From a virus: a DNA stretch of 64,000 nucleotides. Numbering within the stretch: position 1 is the first letter of the stretch; each line of letters opens with the position of its first letter. The translations under genes and the position numbers were made by a program. The stretch covers positions 1 to 64,000 of the IMG/VR virus record IMGVR_UViG_3300025849_000022; one strand, written 5' to 3'. This document shows, one piece after another, positions 56,384-64,000 of the stretch. The notes beneath the pieces were generated by a model, which was not told the origin of the DNA, did not search any database, and saw only the letters and a list, made by a program, of their open reading frames with translations.

Positions 56384-57171
56384 TATTTTTCATATCCAAA
56401 ACATTCAAAGTCATTGCTCCAACAGTCTGCAATCTTCTCTTTGTTATTATTATAGTCTAACACATAACTAAAATCTATTTTTGTCTTTGTATTTTGATGC
56501 CTGTCATTGAATGTGTTTACATTATTTAATGGTACTTCCTTGCCTAATATCTTATTGCTTATTGCTGGAAAGGTTGTTGCTATTTCTTCTTGCTTGATTA
56601 TATGATCAAAGAATTGCACATTGTCTTTGTCATTATCTAGTACTGTATGGAACAAAGGCAATGTAACACTTGTATTCTGCCACCAGTAGTTGTTAGGTGT
56701 GTACACATAGGAATCAGACTTTGTAGAGTCTACCCTTTGATTATATTCCATAAGTGTATCTAAAAAGAATGTAAAGTTTTCTATGTGAATTTCTTTATCT
56801 TCAGTAATCTTATATGCTGAATGGTCAATTGATTTCTCAGGATTCATTGGTTCTGGTTGATTAGGGTGTGTAAGATCACTTGGGTTGGCTGGTAAGTCTC
56901 TAGCCAGATGCCATATATCTACATGGTAACTTGCTATTAGTCTGGAGTAAGGGTTACGACAAAAAGTTACTTTAGTTCCTGCAAGTATATCGTCTTCGAC
57001 AATATTGAATAGACTGTAGTTGTTACACCAGTTATCACCTGCTATAAGAACATAGTTATCTTTGCCTACATTATCATCTAGCCATGCATCAAGACTATTA
57101 CTACCGCATCTTCTTGCTTTGATAAAAATGAAAGGATTAGGATAATCCTTATTGCTAACAATAATTTCCAT
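56383..57171 (-). CDS. sulfotransferase family 2-like protein (tandem paralog)
   Basis: FIKARRCGSNS, CRNPYSRLIA, DFECFGY. Confidence 0.7.
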   Translation of the reverse strand: MEIIVSNKDYPNPFIFIKARRCGSNSLDAWLDDNVGKDNYVLIAGDNWCNNYSLFNIVEDDILAGTKVTFCRNPYSRLIASYHVDIWHLARDLPANPSDLTHPNQPEPMNPEKSIDHSAYKITEDKEIHIENFTFFLDTLMEYNQRVDSTKSDSYVYTPNNYWWQNTSVTLPLFHTVLDNDKDNVQFFDHIIKQEEIATTFPAISNKILGKEVPLNNVNTFNDRHQNTKTKIDFSYVLDYNNNKEKIADCWSNDFECFGYEK

Positions 57172-57416
57172 TATTTGTTTTTTCTTTTAAGTTTTTGTTC
57201 TATTTCTTTTTTGTTGTGTTCGTGTAAGAATTTATCTTCATCTACATAAGTAGGCGCATTCTCTAATGCTTTTTTGGCTTGCCAGTATACTTGATAGATC
57301 TTTTTCTTACAACCCCAACCGTTGTATCCATCAATGTTTGGATCATGCATAACACCTTCCCATTGCCATAGTTGTTCTGCTATTGCTTTGTTACCTGTTT
57401 TTTCAATGTACGGCAT
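57171..57416 (-). CDS. hypothetical protein
   Basis: DP..DGY..WGCKK...P.Y..E pattern. Confidence 0.65.
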   Translation of the reverse strand: MPYIEKTGNKAIAEQLWQWEGVMHDPNIDGYNGWGCKKKIYQVYWQAKKALENAPTYVDEDKFLHEHNKKEIEQKLKRKNK

Positions 57417-57663
57417 GTGCTTTTCTTAATTCTTTATTTTTAAACCAAACTCTTACAAAATATTTTCTTGTAATAGCAACCAGTGTGAACCAAAATGTTA
57501 AGAACACAGAAGTCCAAAAGATAATGTCTCCTTCACTTTCTAAATTAGGTATGAATGTTCTATTGGCAATATATAATAACAACATGTTTAGCGGAAAGTT
57601 AATAACTAATGCTATTGCTGTATCGCCTACTGACTCTTTTAATGATTGTGTATCTATGCTCAC
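57403..57663 (-). CDS. small membrane protein
   Basis: LKES..DT...INFPLN...R.Y.VR.WF; two TM helices. Confidence 0.65.
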   Translation of the reverse strand: MSIDTQSLKESVGDTAIALVINFPLNMLLLYIANRTFIPNLESEGDIIFWTSVFLTFWFTLVAITRKYFVRVWFKNKELRKAHAVH

Positions 57664-58178
57664 ACTTCACCAGATTCAGTGTAAATTTCTTGTTTGGCAG
57701 TCTGTTTAGCAGTAAACACTCTTTGATCATCTCTTAATGAAGATGTGACTTGCTGGCTTTCATAGTATTCTGTTGGCAGTACACTTCCTGGGAAATACCC
57801 AAGTACACCGTCATGATAGTCTACTTTCCAAAACATAAATTTATCATTGTATCTGGCTCCTGAAGAAACATGTTTGTCTACATCTTCAGGCATCACACCA
57901 ATTGTTTCTGAGAGTTGCTCTCGATATTCATCAATTGGTAATTGTATATTAGGTGTCCATCTACCGTGTTTAACTACTACCCAGTAACCCGGCTTGAGTT
58001 CGTCTCCAAACTTTTCTCTGATAGTTGTTCCTACACTAAACACCTGGAACCATCTGCTTCTCACACCTGATTCCTTGCTGTCATCGTTTGGTATAATAAT
58101 ACCACTGGCTAGTTTCTTCTCTCCGAAGTCGCCATTTATACATAAAAGGTTGTCACCTATTGCTTTTAATCTAGTCAT
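57660..58178 (-). CDS. groES: GroES-like co-chaperonin with insertion
   Basis: LKAIGDNLL...EKKLASGIII...VFSVG...LKPG.WV. Confidence 0.7.
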   Translation of the reverse strand: MTRLKAIGDNLLCINGDFGEKKLASGIIIPNDDSKESGVRSRWFQVFSVGTTIREKFGDELKPGYWVVVKHGRWTPNIQLPIDEYREQLSETIGVMPEDVDKHVSSGARYNDKFMFWKVDYHDGVLGYFPGSVLPTEYYESQQVTSSLRDDQRVFTAKQTAKQEIYTESGEV

Positions 58179-58689
58179 CTTCTTCCCAGTCGTCTTCAAA
58201 TAACGGCACCATTTCTATATCTCCATTGGGCAATTCCACCTCCTTATACCCTATTGGTTCTTTACTTTGTGCTTGTGCTTTTGATTTTGCAACCTGTGTT
58301 TTAGTAAGTTCTTCTACATCTTTTTCTTCTTGCATCTTAATTGGTTCTACAGGTTCTTTTTTAACTACTGGGTCTGGCTGTACTTTAGCCTCTGACTTGC
58401 CTGTGGCGGCAGTCTTTACTTCTGGTGATAAATCAGATGGTTCTGCATTTACGCCACTAAATGATGGTTGTGCGTTTTTAATGCTGACTTGCCCTGATTC
58501 GGAACCATTAGCATTTTTATAATGATCTCTTGCTCTTTGATCGGCAGTCTTTATTATTTGACCACCAGGGCCAATGAGGTCTCCTTTACCGTTCACAGAC
58601 ATATTGCCAATAGCAGGAGCATCGCCTTGTTGAGCGATAATAGATTCCATGTCTATGACTTTGCCTTTACTTGTTAAATGTTTACTCAT
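58171..58689 (-). CDS. conserved-looking jumbo-phage protein
   Basis: T.KGK.IDM...AIGNMSVNGKGDLIGPGG.I. Confidence 0.7.
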   Translation of the reverse strand: MSKHLTSKGKVIDMESIIAQQGDAPAIGNMSVNGKGDLIGPGGQIIKTADQRARDHYKNANGSESGQVSIKNAQPSFSGVNAEPSDLSPEVKTAATGKSEAKVQPDPVVKKEPVEPIKMQEEKDVEELTKTQVAKSKAQAQSKEPIGYKEVELPNGDIEMVPLFEDDWEEDD

Positions 58690-59218
58690 CTTTTAAAAAT
58701 TCCTTAATATCTAAATTGTATTTAAGGCTATCAACCTTGTGTACACCAAGTAAGTATAATACATAACTTGCTACACTACTGCCTCTACCAACACCCCAGA
58801 CTATTTTATGCTTTCGCATGGTATCAATAATATATATCAACGCCCTTAGAATGGGATATAGGTTCCTGGACCTATATTGTTCTAATTCTTCTACTACTCT
58901 ATTTATTTGTTCTTGGGTAGGCTCAGGTGGTAGTTCGTGGACCACATACTCATCAATGTCTATGTCTTTGTAGTGATCTGGTATCATCCATTGAGATTGC
59001 ATACTGCTATGGTATGTATCTACATCAATGCCCATGTTGGCTAATAGTTGCAATGCATCTATTCCTAGTTCATTGCAATTACTATTAAAAGTGTTTATGT
59101 CATTGGTAGATATAAAGTCTATACCATCCAACACTTTGTTATTATATAGCAACTCAATGCCAGTGTTTTCGCAGTTTTGACTTCTACTAAATTTATCTAA
59201 ACTATCTTTGGTTTCCAT
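58682..59218 (-). CDS. DNA polymerase III alpha (DnaE) fragment
   Basis: R...EL...IID......WGVGRGSSVASYVLYLLGVHKVD.LKYNL...FL. Confidence 0.85.
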   Translation of the reverse strand: METKDSLDKFSRSQNCENTGIELLYNNKVLDGIDFISTNDINTFNSNCNELGIDALQLLANMGIDVDTYHSSMQSQWMIPDHYKDIDIDEYVVHELPPEPTQEQINRVVEELEQYRSRNLYPILRALIYIIDTMRKHKIVWGVGRGSSVASYVLYLLGVHKVDSLKYNLDIKEFLKDE

Positions 59219-59937
59219 GCTTTCTTTTTGTATTCGTCTAAATTAATAATTTCGCCTGTGTCTCTGGATTCTGGATCAAGTATTGTTCTAACTTTGTTTG
59301 CTATAGTTTCAAATGGCTCTGTTACATGATGCTGTGTATTTTCAAAATGGTTTGCCATAAAGTCGTCATACTCTTCCTGGTCTTTTGCACTACCATCATA
59401 TGTGGATATATCATTTCTAAACCACCATGCTATTTCATTAAACTTTATACCATCTATCATTGTATCAATACCAGGCAAATACTCATAATTTAATTCATCA
59501 TCTGTATAAGTATAACTGGTTTTTGTTCTTAAGTCAATGATTTCTACATTACCTATGTAACAATGTTCTGTAATTGCATTAAACTTAGAGTGCAAAATTA
59601 CATTTAGACATGCATCACCTGTGCTAGGCACATATACTAATGGATTATCAACATCCATGCAATTCTTTAATACAAAATTAGCACCATTAGGATCAAACAC
59701 TATTGCATTATCAAATACTGCTTCTAGCATAAAGTTCATTTTGTGAAAGTTTAGTGAATGATAGAATGAAACTTCTTTTTCTTTGAACCCTTCTTCTGGT
59801 ATTGATGTAAATTCTATATTGATCGTATATGGTATTATATCTAAAGAGTACATAGTATCTTCTGCGTTAGATATTACTTTTATCATATAGATATCTTTTG
59901 TTATTGTGGTGTAATTATTTCTTGTTGTTATATACAT
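59197..59937 (-). CDS. hypothetical protein
   Basis: 246 aa ORF; start may be 59886. Confidence 0.65.
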   Translation of the reverse strand: MYITTRNNYTTITKDIYMIKVISNAEDTMYSLDIIPYTINIEFTSIPEEGFKEKEVSFYHSLNFHKMNFMLEAVFDNAIVFDPNGANFVLKNCMDVDNPLVYVPSTGDACLNVILHSKFNAITEHCYIGNVEIIDLRTKTSYTYTDDELNYEYLPGIDTMIDGIKFNEIAWWFRNDISTYDGSAKDQEEYDDFMANHFENTQHHVTEPFETIANKVRTILDPESRDTGEIINLDEYKKKAWKPKIV

Positions 59938-60244
59938 AATGTTGTGCTAATAATTTTGTAATTGCTGTTTGTCTTAATTCTTCTTTAACTTCTTCTGGTA
60001 CAGGATCAGGTTGCACTTGCATTTCACCTTCGCCTATTTCGTACACACCAACACCTTCTTCAATATCTTTTTTAGCCATTGCTAATTGCATACGTTCTCT
60101 ATATTCAAAATTTGCTTCGTTAATATATTCTTCTAATTGCCTAAATGCAGGATAGTTTGGATTTGCAGTTAGCAACTTCTTAGACAACGTATCAATATGG
60201 TTAAGAAGTGCTTCGTCATCGTAGTTACTAAAATCGTTAAACAT
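59915..60244 (-). CDS. hypothetical protein
   Basis: 109 aa ORF. Confidence 0.65.
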   Translation of the reverse strand: MFNDFSNYDDEALLNHIDTLSKKLLTANPNYPAFRQLEEYINEANFEYRERMQLAMAKKDIEEGVGVYEIGEGEMQVQPDPVPEEVKEELRQTAITKLLAQHYVYNNKK

Positions 60245-60527
60245 TCTTTACCTTTAGTAGATACTTGTAGTAATCTTTTTTGTTCTTAAAACCTATTTGT
60301 CTTCCTCTAATCATTACATTATATATCTTTAACTTTTCTTTTTTACAAAACTCTCTTGATAAATGTTTGTGTTCATTACTATTTATGGGGGCCTTGTACT
60401 CAAAGGACTCCCATAGTGATATCATTCCAGCGGTACGCTCTTCAAGTGTAGCATCTAATTTACCAAAGATAATATTGCTTTCTTCGTCAGAGTAAACTTG
60501 ACTCAGTTGTTTCGTAAAATTTGTCAT
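60237..60527 (-). CDS. hypothetical protein
   Basis: 96 aa ORF. Confidence 0.55.
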   Translation of the reverse strand: MTNFTKQLSQVYSDEESNIIFGKLDATLEERTAGMISLWESFEYKAPINSNEHKHLSREFCKKEKLKIYNVMIRGRQIGFKNKKDYYKYLLKVKNV

Positions 60528-61320
60528 AGTTAGTTTGACTCAATGTATTAAATGCAAAACGTTGGCTAAAGATCATGTCTAAGTTTGGTAAGGCATTCTT
60601 AACACAAAACTCAATAGCAAAATTTTGATTCCGGCCTCCTATAGATAGTTGGTAATTATTAATAATACTTTCTGTAAATCCTGCAGGTAATTTGTAATTA
60701 TTTAACTTTGATCTACCTGGATTGACTATGTTATAGTCTTCAAAAGACAGTTGTGACCTAAGGTGTTTAATGTCCCTTACGCCTACATACGCCGTCTGTA
60801 ACGCATTATAATCTGCCTCTACGAACTTAATAATGCTTCTGTTGTTAGGACTTGTTAAAAGGGTGTATTTTTCCTCTTGTTCCTGGATTTGCCATTCCCA
60901 ATTAGACATATAAAAGTTTATAGTTTCTTCCATATTATTTGTATGATACACTAGACCATAAAAATTAATTAGTTCACTTGGAGTAACTTGACGAACATTT
61001 TTTCTATCGAAGGAGTCATTAAGATATGATTCCATTGCATGTTCGCCGGCAACTGTTAATGAAAAACCATTTGGATCTTCTAATTCTTGGAACCCATCGG
61101 GTTCATCACTGTAAAATCCTAATCCATATATACCACTGCTTTCATTTATAACTGTTTTTACATGCAGTATTACGCCACCAGCGGTATGCCAAGATGATAT
61201 ATCTTCCAAACTTTCGTTTGCTTGTCTAAAGCCTAGTGATAAAAAGTTGTCAAATATGTCAGGATCTTGTATTGAATTTTTATATTTTAAGAATGTTAGA
61301 TCAATCGATGGTTTTGTCAT
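60487..61320 (-). CDS. degenerate VOC/glyoxalase-fold protein (start MTKPSID)
   Basis: LGF...DPNG..L repeat and N....INFY pattern; GAGGAG RBS. Confidence 0.5.
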   Translation of the reverse strand: MTKPSIDLTFLKYKNSIQDPDIFDNFLSLGFRQANESLEDISSWHTAGGVILHVKTVINESSGIYGLGFYSDEPDGFQELEDPNGFSLTVAGEHAMESYLNDSFDRKNVRQVTPSELINFYGLVYHTNNMEETINFYMSNWEWQIQEQEEKYTLLTSPNNRSIIKFVEADYNALQTAYVGVRDIKHLRSQLSFEDYNIVNPGRSKLNNYKLPAGFTESIINNYQLSIGGRNQNFAIEFCVKNALPNLDMIFSQRFAFNTLSQTNYDKFYETTESSLL

Positions 61321-61465
61321 TGTCCTGCTCCTCAGCAGTATCGCAAGACTGGCAACATTCTGGTGTTCCGCATAAGGCATGGAGCACACCGTCTTCGTCG
61401 TAGCCTTCTTTGTTTACTTTCTTAGGTGTATAGATTTTTGGTTGAAATTCTTTTAATTGGTCCAT
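61301..61465 (-). CDS. small Cys-rich protein (54 aa), not in ORF track
   Basis: MDQLKEF...LHALCGTPECCQSCD; TAAATA-N5-ATG. Confidence 0.65.
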   Translation of the reverse strand: MDQLKEFQPKIYTPKKVNKEGYDEDGVLHALCGTPECCQSCDTAEEQDNDKTID

Positions 61466-61485
61466 ACAGATATTTATCTGTTTTA

Positions 61486-62076
61486 CTATGGACGTTTGTC
61501 AACAATCTCGTCTATCAACCCATACTCTAATGCCTCAGTGGCAGTCATAAAGTTATCACGTTCAATATCCTTATTAACTTCATCAAACGTTTTACCTTTA
61601 CTATTATGCTTTACATAAATCTCTGTTAATTCTGTTCGCATTCTGCGTATTTCTTGTGCCGCAATTTCGATGTCTGTTTGCTGTCCTCTTGCACCACCAC
61701 TTGGTTGATGTATCATATGTCTTGCTTTTGGTAGCATATATCTTTTACCAGGTGCTCCTGCTGTTGCAAGTAAACTGCCCATACTACATGCCTGGCCCAT
61801 CACAATAGTTGATACATCTGATTTAATGTATTGCATTGTGTCGTACATTGCCATACCACTTGTAACTACTCCGCCTGGAGAGTTGATATAAAAATTAATA
61901 TCTTCACTGCTGTCTTCTGCTTCTAAGAATAGTAACTGAGCACAAATGCTATTTGATACTTGGTCGTTTACTTCGCCGTTTAAAAATACAATTCTTTCTT
62001 TTAAAAGTCTGCTGTAGATATCGTAACTACGCTCTCCGCCTGCTACTTTCTCTACTACATAAGGTATAAAATTCAT
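61486..62076 (-). CDS. clpP: ATP-dependent Clp protease proteolytic subunit
   Basis: [22 protein letters not shown] (Ser), MIHQP (His), ERD. Confidence 0.95.
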   Translation of the reverse strand: MNFIPYVVEKVAGGERSYDIYSRLLKERIVFLNGEVNDQVSNSICAQLLFLEAEDSSEDINFYINSPGGVVTSGMAMYDTMQYIKSDVSTIVMGQACSMGSLLATAGAPGKRYMLPKARHMIHQPSGGARGQQTDIEIAAQEIRRMRTELTEIYVKHNSKGKTFDEVNKDIERDNFMTATEALEYGLIDEIVDKRP

Positions 62077-62084
62077 TGTTGCTC

Positions 62085-63215
62085 CTAGTTAATATCTCCC
62101 CACCTTCTTTTGTTTGGCGGGAATGCTTTGTAGTTATTTATAGATTCATATTTTTGATCTGGTACCATTTTGATGATATCAGGAAAAGTGTTTTCTATAA
62201 TAACTTTGTGTATTGTACTATGAAATGTTTGTTGCGTCAAGTCATTAACAGATAGACCTAACATTAATTGTGGTATTTCTGGCACTCGCCATGGTGATAT
62301 TATATTGTGATAGTCTATAGAAAGTATTTCTTTGTTGTGTAATATTTGATTAAGTACAAATTTCTTTGCTTCAATTAAATCTGTACCTTCGTATATAGGA
62401 AAGTCGTCAGGTATAGTTTCGCTGATATGAAAATTATACAGGTAGGAGCCAGAATGTTTATTTAATTCTTCATGATAGTCTAAACCAAAGCAATTCATTA
62501 TAGAACTAGCATGGTGCGGAAACCTCAATGTTTCAATGCCTCCTGCAAATCCTGTTAGCATTGCTGTAAAAGGTTCACCAACTAAACATTCTTTATAGGC
62601 AATATATTTGTTTAAGTACTCATTATACAATGGTGTTCTATAATTTTTTGTGTGTATTTTAACAAGGTCAGGTATTTCTAATCCACTTGTAGAATAATTT
62701 ATAGGTATAGGAAATTTATATTTTTTGATAATTGCTAGGACTACTGCTGTATCTAACCCTCCGCTAAAAAACAATAAAGATTTATTATATTTAGAACAAG
62801 CAGATGATATTCTTTCTGCTATTTTTTCCTCTATTATATTTGCGGCTGATTCAAATGTTACATCTTTAAATTTAAAATCAGGAATAATTGATTCAGTGAA
62901 ATGAGATTCACCGTCGTATTTAAAATGATCTATACTGCAAGGTGAGTTATTATTGTAGAAGCAATGATTATTAGTTAATAATAATCCTGTGTTATTATTA
63001 AAATATGTTTTACTTTGATGATAAAAAGGCATAGATATATCTATAGTGTTATCAGCAATATCAATTTTTACATATTCATACTCATGCCCTTTATAAAAAC
63101 CTGTGTTAGTTGTTTTCCAATGACTATCTAGATAAAGGCAAACATTGTCATTCTTGTACATGCATGTTAAGAATTTTGGTTTAGGATAATCTTTCTTAGC
63201 AAGTAAGAATATCAT
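62085..63215 (-). CDS. asparagine synthase-like PP-loop protein
   Basis: [11 protein letters not shown]-loop, LTGFAGG. Confidence 0.6.
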   Translation of the reverse strand: MIFLLAKKDYPKPKFLTCMYKNDNVCLYLDSHWKTTNTGFYKGHEYEYVKIDIADNTIDISMPFYHQSKTYFNNNTGLLLTNNHCFYNNNSPCSIDHFKYDGESHFTESIIPDFKFKDVTFESAANIIEEKIAERISSACSKYNKSLLFFSGGLDTAVVLAIIKKYKFPIPINYSTSGLEIPDLVKIHTKNYRTPLYNEYLNKYIAYKECLVGEPFTAMLTGFAGGIETLRFPHHASSIMNCFGLDYHEELNKHSGSYLYNFHISETIPDDFPIYEGTDLIEAKKFVLNQILHNKEILSIDYHNIISPWRVPEIPQLMLGLSVNDLTQQTFHSTIHKVIIENTFPDIIKMVPDQKYESINNYKAFPPNKRRWGDIN

Positions 63216-63751
63216 CTTCCCTCAATAGACCAGTGTTGATAAACACCTTGTACACATACTGCTTGGTAGTATGCGTCTTCGTCTGCACTATGTAAATTCT
63301 GTTGTATGGCTTTGCGTGGATCAACAGGCATCATATTAAATATTGTTCTGCAATCCATTACTTGCCAGAAGGCCCAATTCATGTGATGATCAAACTGCTT
63401 GTATAAATTCTCTAATATTACCATATCGAACTGAGGACCTTGACACCATATTTTATCAACACCCACTAAATATTTATTGAGATCTTTAAAAAACACTTCA
63501 AGTGGTACCCTGCCTTCCTCTGTGAATGCTTCGTCTTGAATATGTTGTGGTTGTCCTGCCCACCATTGCAATGTACTTTCAAGCACACTTCTATCAGCAG
63601 TCATTTGCTCATCAGCACTAGGTCGCCAAAGTGTTTTAGCATGTGGGTCTGTTAGTTTATACGGATCAAACTTTACTGCACCTACAGACAATACAACACA
63701 ATCAGGCTCAGTGCCTAGTGTTTCTATATCTATCATTGCATGTGTGGCCAT
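63212..63751 (-). CDS. DEDDh 3'-5' exonuclease (DexA/Rv2179c-like)
   Basis: MIDIETLG, WCQGPQFD, DCRT, HSADEDA; promoter 63774-63802. Confidence 0.85.
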   Translation of the reverse strand: MATHAMIDIETLGTEPDCVVLSVGAVKFDPYKLTDPHAKTLWRPSADEQMTADRSVLESTLQWWAGQPQHIQDEAFTEEGRVPLEVFFKDLNKYLVGVDKIWCQGPQFDMVILENLYKQFDHHMNWAFWQVMDCRTIFNMMPVDPRKAIQQNLHSADEDAYYQAVCVQGVYQHWSIEGR

Positions 63752-63787
63752 ACGAATACTCCAGTAAAGTACTATTATATGGAATTT

Positions 63788-64000
63788 TTATAGAAAAGTC
63801 AAGTCTTTTTTGCTTAACCAAGTAATAAATGATCTGCGTTCGCCGGAAGTTACTTCGGTGATCTCATGTGGAACATGACCGCCATTAAATAAACACACAA
63901 AGCCTTTTAGTTTAGGCAAAATCCAGTCACCTATAACAACATCTCCGCCAGTATATTCGTTTTCATCTGATAATTGAATAATCAATGTCCATTCACGTTT
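63788..64000 (-). CDS. 2OG-Fe(II) oxygenase, C-terminal part (5' end outside window)
   Basis: IQLS...YTGG...PHEITEVTSGERRS..W. Confidence 0.8.
   Translation of the reverse strand, partial: KREWTLIIQLSDENEYTGGDVVIGDWILPKLKGFVCLFNGGHVPHEITEVTSGERRSFITWLSKKDLTFL

Noticed and set aside
62085-63215. Candidate for the missing QueC
   Set aside because: Has an SGGLD PP-loop, but it is internal, lacks the QueC C-terminal zinc cysteines and lies about 36 kb from the cluster; better fits AsnB-like
746-63825. Most plus-strand ORFs in the track (e.g. 1313-1627, 6672-7130, 28012-28482, 36005-36604, 47573-48028)
   Set aside because: Antisense shadows of well-supported minus-strand genes; no RBS or motifs recognised
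1-64000. Stop-codon reassignment; tRNA or rRNA genes
   Set aside because: Conserved genes are full-length in the standard code using TAA, TAG and TGA stops; no cloverleaf or rRNA-like segment seen in the short intergenic gaps (tRNAscan not run)

Overview
An AT-rich (about one-third GC) 64-kb segment of a large tailed phage, most likely a T4-superfamily/jumbo myovirus of an aquatic Gram-negative host (it encodes spanins and an outer-membrane beta-barrel). Almost all genes lie on the minus strand. Replication genes: ATP-dependent ligase, family B polymerase, clamp-like protein, RFC clamp loader, RNase H/flap nuclease, DnaE fragment, DEDDh exonuclease. A 7-deazaguanine-type cluster: folE, queE, a QueD-like protein with an LxxxHRHxF motif, a TGT/DpdA-like transglycosylase, a glycosyltransferase, a purine PRTase and galE. 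Other genes: a MoxR/vWA pair, ClpA, ClpP, DnaJ, GroES, a collagen-like fibre and other virion proteins, endolysin, spanins, phoH, and many tailoring enzymes (5 sulfotransferases, amidinotransferase, radical SAM, Ugd, 2OG oxygenases). The non-coding DNA shows a readable regulatory code. It has about 15 sigma70-type early promoters and T4-like TAAATA late promoters, at least nine genes whose ATG sits at the predicted +1 (leaderless), and RBS-sequestering hairpins with a late promoter in the loop. The most novel-looking element is a small structured RNA downstream of moxR whose loop is antisense to the GUAGGAG ribosome-binding site shared by the early genes. No tRNA, rRNA, CRISPR or mobile element was seen. 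All calls come from motif recognition only; no searches were run.
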